Assembly (NCBI GenBank): GCA_040437565.1
Contig: JBDOQK010000043.1
Span: forward strand, 297,096 to 317,095
Length of the DNA stretch: 20,000 bases
DNA from: Albugo candida
Lineage: Eukaryota
Direction of reading: 5' to 3'
This document shows positions 9,291 through 19,800 of this stretch, in pieces. Below the pieces are notes generated by a model. That model saw only the letters and a list, made by a program, of their open reading frames with translations, did no database searches and was not told the DNA's origin. The position numbers and the translations under genes are program-made. Within the stretch, counting starts at the first letter, position 1. Every line of letters starts with the position of its first letter.

Positions 9291-10720
9291 CTTTAGCAAT
9301 ATCCATCACCGCTCGATGATAACGTGTACGTGCCATCAGTCTCTCTAGAAAGTGAATATCCTCCATCGGTAAAAACTCCTCTTCGCCGCATACAATGGTA
9401 AAGTACTGACAGATCCCAAAATCGTCTTCGTGAGACGGATTTAATTGCATGTCTGTCTTCGTAAGACCCCAATGATACGACACGACGTATTCGCGCTCAA
9501 TGCAGACGTTTGATCCCACTTTCCGGCATTCCAACACTGCTACTTTCTCCAACTTTTACGTACAGAGCATTGATTTGATTGTGTTCTTTCTCCTTTTTCT
9601 TGACATCTTCTATCAAGGACTTCAGAATGCTACTCACTTGAAGCTTTAAAGTCTTAGTAATACTGACAAGACTCGGCTTTGAATTTGGAGGTTGTGCAAT
9701 GCGTTTGAAAAAAGGAAATTGAGCAAACGCTCAAGGAGCTCGTCCTGACACTTGGTGTTGCTTGGGTATCGCAAAATCGCGGAATTCGCAGAGTTCGAAG
9801 ATTAAGATATAGGCGCTCACTCAGAGTAAAAATGTTGAAATCGGTGGTGCTGGAAATCGTTCTATCCATTGAATACGTTGTCACGTCAGACCGCAAACGA
9901 TAAAACAGAAAGAAACGAGATGTCTTTCTCCTTCACTGAATGGACTGAAGTATTTTGCACAAGACTTGTTAGGTCCATGGAAAAGAGCATATATCAATTA
10001 TAGCGTCTTCGTATGATAATAATAGAATAAGTCGCGTGTCCAAGATTCTTGGATTCAATATGATTGTTCGTTGCTGAGTATAATTACTGATGAAATGTAT
10101 TGCTATCACACAGTTTGGCTGCGAGAGATGTACAGGATGTGCTACCTCATTTCATTTGAGCTTCTATACTGCAATCTAGTGGGAGGGTGGGTTGTATTGT
10201 ATGTCCTACGTGTTCCAATTGACAGCATCAACAGTTTGAAAAGAAGAGAGTTCCAGGAAGACGTGTTGAATTGAAGACAAGCAATAGCGTTTTTGGAGGT
10301 TTGATCCTTAGGCTGTATCTCCTTAAAGCTATACATACCTTGTAGATGAGTCAAACGAGTTCTATTCATCCTCGATCCTTCCGATCGTACCAAGCATTTC
10401 TGCTCCGATCGGACATAATGACACTACTTTGACAAGTTGCATCAGAACGCATTCTGTAATAGAAGAATTCATACTGTTACCTTGAACTAGGATCCAGCAA
10501 AGCTTCAGAAAATTGGTAGAAGATTTCTAACCGATAGTTTTCATGATACCGTAAGCTTTCTATTCTCTAATTGTTGCTATGACCGCGAAACGAGCTGTTC
10601 TTTTTCCGCCTTTGGTGCGTTCGACGTAGGCATCATTCGTTGCATTCTAGCCAATCTTACATTCTGTAGAATTAAATGTAGAACAGACTGAGATGAAAAG
10701 GTCTTCGATTTTCTATTTGG

Positions 10721-10847
10721 ACATTCAACGGCGTACTTTAACAGCAACCAAAGGTTTATAATGCGACTGCATACTTTAAAAGCACCACAGGTTCGAACAT
10801 TCGACGGCGTACTTTAACAGCGATCACAGGTTTGTAATGCGAATACA
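10721..10847. repeat. 38-bp-period tandem repeat (3 copies; copies 1 and 3 most alike) immediately upstream of the CCG effector gene
   Basis: TACTTTAAMAGC...AGGTT core starts at 10734, 10772 and 10810. The 46-bp blocks 10721-10766 and 10797-10842 are near-identical. Confidence 0.85.
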
Positions 10848-10882
10848 AATCTCTATAAAATCATCAATTACGATTTTGCGCT

Positions 10883-12814
10883 ATGGAACGTCTCCATCGA
10901 ATGATTCTAGTCATCGCTGTGGCCTCGTACCATGCGAAGTCTTATGAAATGAGCAAAAAGTATACCATTTTTCACACAAACGTCCATGCTCCGTCGGCCT
11001 ACCACCAATTCCATAATTGTCAGAAGTGCTTGCTTATAGCCGCAGGTATCAGAAAGTTCAGCATCACCGAATCGGCATTGTTTGTACCGCAAATTACAAT
11101 CACTGCTTCGCAAATAGGTTTTATGCGTATACAAACCCACTGCTACTACAAGGAAATATGTGCCAATCTGATTTTGGAATCGTCGCACCTTCTCGAAGTT
11201 TCAACACATGCCCAGACGAGTGTATATGCGACTCCCCAGCCTTCAGAAACGATTGGGATTAATCAAAGTGAAGAAAACATCGTGTGTCTTACGCTATCCC
11301 ACGTTAATGCTGAAGAAACATGCAGAATATGTCTCAGAGAAGCGAGTGATTCGAAAAGCATTGGTGAATTTTTGTTCACAGACGAAGAACAGTCTCTCAA
11401 TTTTGTGTACGTACTGCGCACACTGCATACTGAAGAAGTGATAGTCAAAGCTTGCGAAATCTGCAGCAGACTTCGGAACATTTACAGTGATGAACTATGT
11501 GAAGCGATGCACAACGTGAAAGCCTCCGATTCGAATGTGGTTGTTAGGAATGCGAAAGCGAGAAAGTCAAACAATGGGGATAAGCAAAGTGCTCTGAAGG
11601 TTCACTGCGTACATGCTGTGCTACAAGAGGACGCTTCGAAAGAAGGAAAAAGTACTTTTGGACCAGTTACAGATTGTATGAAGTGTTTAGCACGTAAAAC
11701 CAAGTCAATAGTCCACTGGATAATGGATGATGCTGATCCGCAACGCCGTTCGTATTTCCTGCTTGGCATAACCGACAACATCTACATTTGGATGTTACAT
11801 GATTCGGAAATTTGTGCTCCCACGTGCACAATCTTGTTCGTAGGAAACGAGAATTGTTACGCTGGATACCATAAACACTTTGACTCGACACCGATTGGCT
11901 ACCAAATCTCTTCTTCCGTGCCAACGTCATGGAGAAAGAATAACAAACCGGATTATTATAGTGAGTGTATTCTCGTGCACTTTGTATTGAACGAAAAATG
12001 TCGTCAATGTATCAGTAAATACATCAATGGAAGAACTAAATTCTTGGATATGACAGTCCTGGTTGAGATCAAGAACAAGAAGAACAAAGAAAAACTGCAT
12101 CATTGCATCACCACACCTTCGAAGCACATCTGCACCAGCTTTCTGTTCCTTCCCAACGAGGTCTGTCTGCAGGATGGAAAGTATCCGAAAATACGTGAGT
12201 TGAGCGTCGCGTCATCATCGAATTTTAGATCTGCCGGAAGCTCTTCTTCGCAATCCAGTGGAGAAATTGGGTTAAGCTTGAGAAGTCTAAGAGAGATGCC
12301 GACGGGAACACCTTCATTATCAGTTACGGGTGGAGGTCGCATACACTCCACGCAAATGGTGTTGGATGGATTGGATCGAAATTTGGTAAATCGCAAACGA
12401 TCCGTCCGCGAACGTTTACCACAGACAGCAGAAGCAGGGTCCTCTCACTCTACTTCGAGTATTGGAAGCCCCACGCACAAGTCTGATCCGAAATTTCCTC
12501 TTCTGTTGGTCAATTATCGTACTACAGAGTGCTTGATGTGTCTTGCTCTTGTACGTGAAGTACTTGTAGTATCAGCTCACAAGAAGCTTGTCTATATACG
12601 GAAACCGATAAAAGAAGCAGTGACATGTAATTGTGAGGAGATAATGATGGAAATCGAGGTGCCCAGCATCAATTCAATGCTGCCTATACCCGCAACTAGT
12701 ATCCCCGAGTACATTGAAAGTGAAAAGTGGTTATTAGGAGTACGACACATATGGTGGGAAAACCATGCTGTATCGCACGAATTTGTTGTGCCTGGAAAAA
12801 AAGCTAATGATTAA
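10883..12814 (+). CDS. Secreted Cys-rich effector candidate of the Albugo CCG (CxxCxxxxxG, including CHxC) class, 643 aa, intronless
   Basis: Signal-peptide-like MERLHRMILVIAVASYHAKS. CQKCLLIAAG at aa 46-55 (nt 11018-11047) is an exact CxxCxxxxxG soon after the predicted cleavage site. Further CxxC[LI] motifs at aa 147, 265, 373 and 550. Confidence 0.8.
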   Translation: MERLHRMILVIAVASYHAKSYEMSKKYTIFHTNVHAPSAYHQFHNCQKCLLIAAGIRKFSITESALFVPQITITASQIGFMRIQTHCYYKEICANLILESSHLLEVSTHAQTSVYATPQPSETIGINQSEENIVCLTLSHVNAEETCRICLREASDSKSIGEFLFTDEEQSLNFVYVLRTLHTEEVIVKACEICSRLRNIYSDELCEAMHNVKASDSNVVVRNAKARKSNNGDKQSALKVHCVHAVLQEDASKEGKSTFGPVTDCMKCLARKTKSIVHWIMDDADPQRRSYFLLGITDNIYIWMLHDSEICAPTCTILFVGNENCYAGYHKHFDSTPIGYQISSSVPTSWRKNNKPDYYSECILVHFVLNEKCRQCISKYINGRTKFLDMTVLVEIKNKKNKEKLHHCITTPSKHICTSFLFLPNEVCLQDGKYPKIRELSVASSSNFRSAGSSSSQSSGEIGLSLRSLREMPTGTPSLSVTGGGRIHSTQMVLDGLDRNLVNRKRSVRERLPQTAEAGSSHSTSSIGSPTHKSDPKFPLLLVNYRTTECLMCLALVREVLVVSAHKKLVYIRKPIKEAVTCNCEEIMMEIEVPSINSMLPIPATSIPEYIESEKWLLGVRHIWWENHAVSHEFVVPGKKAND

Positions 12815-13543
12815 GCTAGGATCGCTATTTCTTGCTGATCATAAGACAATATATATAATTGTGCTTCAAGTCAAGGTCTAATACGCAAAGGTCAAGATAA
12901 CAGACTGGACTCTTCGATATATTACACTGCCTTGTCACGCAATCTATATACTAAAGGGGGAAGTGTATTTAGCGAAAACATGCCTCCTTCATCCGTCCTT
13001 TGACTCAATTCGACCTACTCACCACAATTCACTTATCCTTGTACGAGTTATTTACCTTTAGAGCACATAGGACGACGCAATTGACTGAGCACTGCCCGCC
13101 GTTATTCTTCAAATGCATTCGATTTGAGATACATTGAGTTGGTTCCAGCTAATCTCGCTTGGAACTATCACGTAATCAAGTAAGTTTTACGATTCTATCG
13201 CTCTTGATTTGCGAATAAAACCTATTGCTGCTATCTTCGCATACCTCACAAAATCAGCATCAAGTGCGTCATGACGTGCACCATTGCGTAAACAAGTTAT
13301 TGGGATGAAAATCAGTCATCCAGCTGCAGCCGCATCATCTACCGCCTATTTTTTGGGGGGAGGTCAGAGTGTATCAGTACCTATATCTAAAATTGGGGCT
13401 AAAATGTCACGCAATCCGTACTCGATAAGAAGGTCAATAAATGCAGCTTATCGCTCAAGTCCGCACTCGTGGGGTTCAAAAACCAATTTGAGATGCTCAT
13501 ACACAATAGCGCATTTAGTATTCTCTTCCGGAACCAATGACAT

Positions 13544-16500
13544 AAATCGCTCTACGATGGAGAAAAGCAATGACGAAATCCAGCCTGACTACTTGCAAAT
13601 TTTCTGGAAAGTTGCGGATCATACTGCGTCTGAGCGGACTTGTTCGGCCCACGACCCCAACACATCCATAAAATCTCTCTCAGACGCTGTAACGCAAGAA
13701 AAAAGCTCCAACTGACACTCAAACGCCTCATTCGCAACCTGTCTTTTTGTCGAGATGCTGCTCGACAAGGCTTTAGTGTAGCTCTTGCGAGTCTCTTGCA
13801 GTCTTTACCACAACGCGAGCTACAAGAAACGATCAATTAACTGAATGAATCCCTGCGAATACGCCTTCTATGGAGAGTATGAACAACGAGATAATCAATC
13901 TGTTCAGAGTTTTGATGCTATGGCCATTTATACATCCAAACGACTCAGTGTGAAATCTGAAGATGCAGCAAAGTACCTTCCACTGTTGATTCTAAAGCTC
14001 ATTGATATCTCTTGATAGAAAAATTGGATCCGTGAGATTTGTTATGAATGCATTCTGAGATTACTGCCTCAAGTTACGGAAGATATCTTCTTAGAAGCTC
14101 TTATAGAGCCTCTGAGCTCTTATTACGTGCTTCATGGGAAGAGTATGAGCCCGAACAGCTCCAACTGCTTCTTGGAGTGTATCACTACGTTGAGACCAAT
14201 ACCCTGACCGAAAACGAATTTATCACTCCTATATTCAACAAGAAGAAGCCGTTGCTCACTGCTACTAACGTAAAGCTTTTTTCAAAGGCATTCAAAGCGT
14301 CTTCCTCATGCTATCCGCGGATACATTCGTTATGGTACGGGCTTTTGGCAGCATTGCTGTCTCAGGATGACGATAAAACTCCTCAATCCTTCACTTTGTT
14401 TGAAGACGTTTGGAAAGCACTGGTGGATGATCTATTGCTCGAGAATGAGCATACGACACATGAGCGCAAGGGACTGGTTTTCAAGCTTTTTGAACTGATT
14501 CTTACAAAAGTCCCGGCCACGGTACTACACGGAACCATCCTAAGCCACAAATTGGTCACATGTTTGTGTAACAACGCACTCAAACCCTCCAATTACCTCC
14601 ATGCAGCTGCAAAGCATTGTTTCCGAATTTATTTGCAAGCAGCTTGCCAGCTGAATTCATCCGTTTTTTGGAACAACAGATACTGTATCCGTCCAAACTT
14701 GCAGCGACCTTGGAAGCAAAACCATACGATTCAACGATGGACAAGGAGGCACATCTCACGAATTTGCTTGAGATCGAAGAAGAGCGCGATTTTGCCCAAG
14801 ATTTGGAGAAAAGAGTACATCACATTCGAGTATGGGCACTCGATCAATTAATTCAAATTGTTTCTCAAGACATTCTCAAGCACGACAAAAACGATATGGA
14901 ATCAAAAGGCTGGTAAGAACCTCTCGAATTTCTCGTCAGTTTCGCATTCTTTGAACGTAACAAAGCCGCACCGGAGAAAGTTGCCTCCTCATGCCTTTCC
15001 AGTGAACTTTTGAACGTATACGATGCCGATCAAAAGTGGAGTCACGATGGGAAGATTTATCCAATCTCAGAACCCTTCCGGGAAACACTGATGAAACGCG
15101 TTTTGGTGCTTGTTAGTTCCAATATTGCAAGCGACCTCCCAGCAACCACACTCCAATTTTCTTTCAATCTCATCCATAAAAAACTCCTTAAACTTTGCAA
15201 AGAGCGAAAGAAATCGAACAAGTGTACGCTGCAATGTGCTGGTGGACAAGTCGTTGCGAAGAATGCCTTTGTACAATTTCCGAAGACCGCTTCGCTAGTC
15301 CAGAATCTTCAACTCAAATCGAAACACTTGACCGAGAATGTTGCTTCAATACAGGCTTTCCAGCTACTTGTCATGTTTGTTAGCATCCAATTGCTGGACG
15401 CCTCGTCATCCGACGAAGCAGTTGTCGTGCTCCAAGATCTCGAGCGTTCCTCTAGAGATATCTTCTATGACGAGGCTGCTACAACCTCCAAGAGCAACGT
15501 CGAGACTACAGACCCCGTGGCAGTATTGATTGATATTTTGCTCAGTATGCTGGCCCAAGACTCTAGTGCTGTTCGAAATGTGGTCATGCACGTCTTCCAA
15601 TCTGTTTTGACTCTGGTGAATCGAAAGAGTCTTGAGTCCATCGCTCATGTCTTTACTGCTCGAAAGAGTAAGACGGACGATGAGGAAGAGAATGAAGAAG
15701 GAGAATCTTCAGAAGGCGAGGATGAAGAAGGCGAGGACGAACAGGATGAAGAAGAGATTCTACTGGATTCAGAAGAAGCTTCCAACGCGTTGTGGGAAAA
15801 TATCACGTCTTTGGATCAAGATGACATGGCGCTAGCGGCAATTGTGCGTCAAGTGAAAGACACATCGACCAAGAAACATGAGACGAAATTGATGGAACAG
15901 CGCCAAATCCATTTTCAGTTGCGCGTGTTGGATCTTTTGCAAGTGTATTTGTCTCGTGGCAGCAAGCAGTCTTTCATGCTATTGATAGTTCCTCCGCTTT
16001 TAGATCGGCTTCACGCAACCGAACGAGGGATCAAACACGAACGCGTGCTTCATGAACGTATTCGAACATTGTTCAAACTCATTCATTCTCGAGCCAAGCT
16101 GTTCATTTCCGTCGAATCGGCTTCTGAAGAGAATGTCGTCTTGGTAAACGATGCAATGGAACACGTCGTCAAGGCTTTGATCTCACGAAATATGAGCAAA
16201 CCCACCAGCAACATATGTGTTTCTCTGTTGATCTTCCTTGTACGTCATGCGTATTCACAGCCAGCGTTGACGAAATGTGTGGGAGATGTAATGGATCGTG
16301 TGATAGAGAACTCTTTCACACGCAAACACGGTCGGTTCCCTCGTCGCTTCTTCGATGAATTTGTAGTCAGACATCACACGGAAGCTTTGCAGCTCTTACT
16401 TCCCCGATTTTGCACTTGTTTGGGTATACGAACTGCAGAAAAGCCTCAAATCGCGGATCCATTTCTTCAATCCGAAGCTCGACGACTACTCAGTATACTG

Positions 16501-17122
16501 ATGCGATCCAAGGCACTCCTCCGCGAACCTGCATCCATCATATCATTTATCAAATACAGTCCGCGTATCCAACGGGTGATCGTTGGTAGCATGACTCCAG
16601 AATCCGATGTAGAAGCAAAGGTGCCCATGAAAGCCAAGCGAATCAAAACGATCATTACACTCGCTCGAGAGTACTTGCAAACGTGCACCAAACTCCAATC
16701 CCAATCGTGTTCGATGGACGACAACAAACGTCTCCAGACCGATATGCAGGCGGTGTTGAAAGGTGTNNNNNNNNNNNNNNNNNNNNNNNNNNNNNNNNNN
16801 NNNNNNNNNNNNNNNNNNNNNNNNNNNNNNNNNNNNNNNNNNNNNNNNNNNNNNNNNNNNNNNNNNGACTCCAGAATCCGATGTAGAAGCAAAGGTGCCC
16901 ATGAAAGCCAAGCGAATCAAAACGATCATTACACTCGCTCGAGAGTACTTGCAAACGTGCACCAAACTCCAATCCCAATCGTGTTCGATGGACGACAACA
17001 AACGTCTCCAGACCGATATGCAGGCGGTGTTGAAAGGTGTCGCGTCCTTTAAAGCCGCTTCCAAGTCGCCTGTTTACGTTAAAGAGCTTGAAAAGTTGCT
17101 GAGATTGCAACTGGCACTTTGA
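13544..17122 (+). pseudogene. 5'-truncated, disrupted duplicate of POL5/MYBBP1A
   Basis: Aligns to 7234 onward and lacks the first ~30 codons. Lesions: 1-bp deletion ~13700, TTA>TAA at 13838-13840, small deletions ~13866-13882, TGA-TAG at 14013-14018, 1-bp deletion ~14119, 2-bp insertion ~14628, CAA>TAA at 14914-14916. The frame is open from 14917 to the gap. Confidence 0.85.
16593..17040. other. 174-bp exact duplication either side of a 100-N gap (16767-16866); probable contig-overlap artefact
   Basis: 16593-16766 matches 16867-17040. Sequence after this gap and after the 8673-8772 gap starts at the same base (gactccagaatcc). Confidence 0.85.
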
Positions 17123-17496
17123 CAAGTTGACGCGCACATGAGATAGACTTCCGTGCATTGATAACTTCCTAGTTGATACAACATATGATTTAGTTTATGT
17201 GTTCGTTCTCCGCAATGTGCACAAATTTCTGCAATTGTATTGACGAGCGCATTCGGCCGAATGGGAGCTTCACCGTGGAAGCACGATAGATGACATTTGA
17301 GATTGTGCTTTAAGAGAAGCGAAAGCTTGAACGATCACAATATAGGCATACTCCACGAATGAATACGGTCGCGAAGAGGCAAAGCGCTGTGTGAACTGGC
17401 TGCCAGGTTGAGGTATCATCGGCCGCGTAATGATGCGATCGCGAATCCTATTTAGCTAATTTCCATTCGCGTGAAGCATTTGGCAAGAAGCTGACT
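17123..17496 (-). pseudogene. Decayed minus-strand coding relic of unknown family (copy 2)
   Basis: Translates in pieces as QFTQRFASSRPYSFVEYAYIVIVQAF and CHLSCFHGEAPIRPNALVNTIAEICAHCGERTH. Paralogous to 9030-9290. Confidence 0.45.
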
Positions 17497-17514
17497 ACGA
17501 GAACATCTAAATCT

Positions 17515-18520
17515 TTACAATGCGCCTTTCGCAAAATCATTTTGTGGTCTGTTCGCATCGTCGAGGCAGAATCCAGCCATTAAAATAACAACAAGAATGC
17601 GTCTCCAACCTTGGACCGTTCTCAATGAAACCGTGATTGCCTGGAGTATAGTCTAATGTAGTTGCTATTCTTCAGAATGTTTTCGCAGACCATTACTATC
17701 GTTGATCAAAACAAATAATGATGTTTAGTCTCGCTACCTAATTGAAGGAGAGCCATTTTTTTCTAGATTTATCAAGCTGGTCTCAGATCCGCCTAATTCA
17801 AACAAATCTTTTGCTTAATTTTCATTGACCCAAACAAGATATAGGAAATAGACTATTCTGGCCTAGCTCCAAATGACCACTTTCATGATTTCTAGCGTAC
17901 ATGGTTTGATGCTCTTGGCAACAGTGAATAATCGTTTGGATTATCGCATATACTTCAAGTAATAAAAAAACACGATAACGCTTACGTAGAATGTTTTCTA
18001 GCATCATATGCTATGAGATAAAACAACTTTATCACTTACAATGCGCCTTTGCGATAGCATTTTGTGGTTTGGTGGCGTTCGTCGAGTGAGAATTTCTCAC
18101 ATTAAAATACCAGCAAAATTACGTTTTCACCCTTGGATGAAAGCGAGACTGGCTGAAGTATAGTCTTATAGAGTTGCTTTGCGTGAGAACGTTTTTGCAG
18201 ACATTACTATCGTTGATCCAAACACATAATTGTGTTCAGTCTCGTTACCTAGCTGAGGGGTAAAACCACTTCTCTCAGATGTATCAAGCTGGTCTGAGTA
18301 GGTCTAATTCAAACATATCTTTTAAATAATTTTGATTGACCCAAACGAGATATAGGAAGTATGCTGCTCTGGCCTAGCTCCAATTGTCAACTTTCATGAT
18401 TTTCGACGTACATGGTATGCTGGTATTGACAGCAGCGAATAATGGGTTTGGATTAGCGCATATACTTCGAATAACAAAACACGCGGCGACGCACACGTAA
18501 AATGTCTTCTCACATCATAT
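17515..18520 (-). repeat. Diverged tandem duplication of ~495-bp units (17515-18009, 18036-18520); probably two decayed copies of the 5' end of a secreted-protein gene
   Basis: Both units start ttacaatgcgccttt and end catcatat. Minus-strand translation gives MMLENILRKRYRVFLLLEVYAIIQTIIHCCQ and a paralogous version with stops and frameshifts. Confidence 0.8.
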
Positions 18521-18552
18521 CTTTTGTAGTCAAGTTCGAAAGTGACTATATT

Positions 18553-18731
18553 TGTAGGTCCTTAGTTCTCAAAAGGATAGTCGAAGCCTATACCCCATTC
18601 TCTATATTGCTACTCTATCTATTAGTAACCTATTCCTTATCTCACCTTTCCACGCTACTAATGATCTGATCTTATCTGACTCTTCTGATCTTATCCGACT
18701 TTCTTCTGATCTTATCCGAATTTCTTCAACA
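18553..18731 (-). mobile_element. Putative 3' LTR of the Copia element (distal boundary uncertain, 18553 or 18525), containing a ~21-bp internal tandem repeat
   Basis: On the minus strand, a degenerate polypurine tract TCGTGGGTGAG is followed by TGTTG at 18731, with a candidate end ...CCTACA at 18553. CTGATCTTATCYGA occurs three times at ~18665-18720. Confidence 0.5.
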
Positions 18732-19800
18732 CTCACCCACGACACACAATTCTTGATATTTGCCAAACAAACCAACTCATGAAATTGCTTTGTCGAAATA
18801 GGCTTCGTCAAGAAATCGGCAAGCTGATTTTTGGAGTCGATATACTCGATCGCAATTTTTTCATCCTTTATATGATCACGAATGAAATGATAACGGATGT
18901 CGATATGTTTTGCTCTGCTTGGATATCCATCGTTTTTCGCTATTGCGATGGCGCTTTGATTGTCCTCGACTATTTTGATCTTTTGAGGAATCTTTCACTT
19001 CAGTTCACGTAATAAGCTTTTTAGCCATAAAACTTCTTGCATACAGAGTGATAGGGCGATGTACTCTTCCTCGGCCGTACTCAGGGCTACGCTTTGCTGA
19101 ATCTTTGATTTGATAATAAAGGGCGCACCATTTATCACAACCATGATTCCAGATACAGATCTTCTGGATTCCTTGACATTCGCCCAATCTGCGTCACTAT
19201 GTGCACAAACGCATAAATTTTTGTCACTGCTGGTGTAATTTATCTCCATGTCGCTAGTTGACATAAAAAAAACGCAGGAACCTCATCGCTGCCTTCCAAT
19301 GCTCTTCACTAGGCCGTTCCAGATGTCGACTTAGTTGCCCAACTGAATACGCAATATCTGGTCTTGTTCCATTCGAAATATACAATAGTGAGCCAACTAA
19401 GGAGCGATAAGGCCGAAACTTCATTCTTNNNNNNNNNNNNNNNNNNNNNNNNNNNNNNNNNNNNNNNNNNNNNNNNNNNNNNNNNNNNNNNNNNNNNNNN
19501 NNNNNNNNNNNNNNNNNNNNNNNNNNNNACTTGAACTTACTTGACAATTTGTCGGAAATAGCTTTTATCTCCTCCAATGTCTTTGCACCTATTAACATGT
19601 CGTCCACATATAAGGCGATATAAATCACCGAATTCCCTCGTTGACGAACAAATATGCACAAGTCTGTTCTGCAGTGTCGGAAACCCATTTTCAAAAACAC
19701 TTGTTAAATTGTCTTAAACCATGTTGCTGCAGCTTGCTTCAGACCATATAAGCTTCGCTTCAGAAGACAGACTTCACTAGCCTGAGCTTGAACACCTCTA
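18732..19800 (-). mobile_element. Degenerate Ty1/Copia LTR retrotransposon, RT-RNase H part of pol
   Basis: RT motifs LKRSLYGLKQA, ALYVDDMLI and PYRSLVGSLLY...TRPDIAY. RNase H motifs HSDADWA, VALSTAEEEY, EDNQSAI, AKHIDIRYHFIRD and QLADFLTK. Stops at 19704 and 18995 and a frameshift near 19260. Confidence 0.95.
19429..19528. other. Scaffold gap (100 N) inside the Copia RT
   Basis: Run of 100 N. Confidence 0.99.

Larger units (their letters stand above)
13544..17496 (+). repeat. Direct segmental duplication of 7234-9287 (POL5 plus 3' flank)
   Basis: Homology begins at aaatcgc (7234/13544) and ends at aagcatttggcaa(c/g)aagctgact (9287/17496). Confidence 0.9.

Noticed and set aside
8980-9552. 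190-aa minus-strand ORF as an intact gene
   Set aside because: No ATG at the called start, it overlaps the POL5 3' end, and comparison with the paralog shows the constrained frame switching within it; treated as a relic.
10721-10847. Regularly spaced repeats as a CRISPR array
   Set aside because: Eukaryotic context, the intervening sequences are themselves related, only three units, and no cas genes.
12281-12295. RSLR(E) as an RxLR motif
   Set aside because: It lies at aa ~467 in a Ser-rich linker, far from the signal peptide, with no EER; expected by chance.
13284-13715. 143-aa ORF as a novel fusion gene
   Set aside because: Non-ATG start; only the last third is degenerate POL5 and the rest looks like chance open intergenic sequence.
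16593-17040. Internal tandem duplication of the POL5 C-terminus
   Set aside because: Exact copies sit directly either side of a 100-N gap, typical of unmerged contig overlap.
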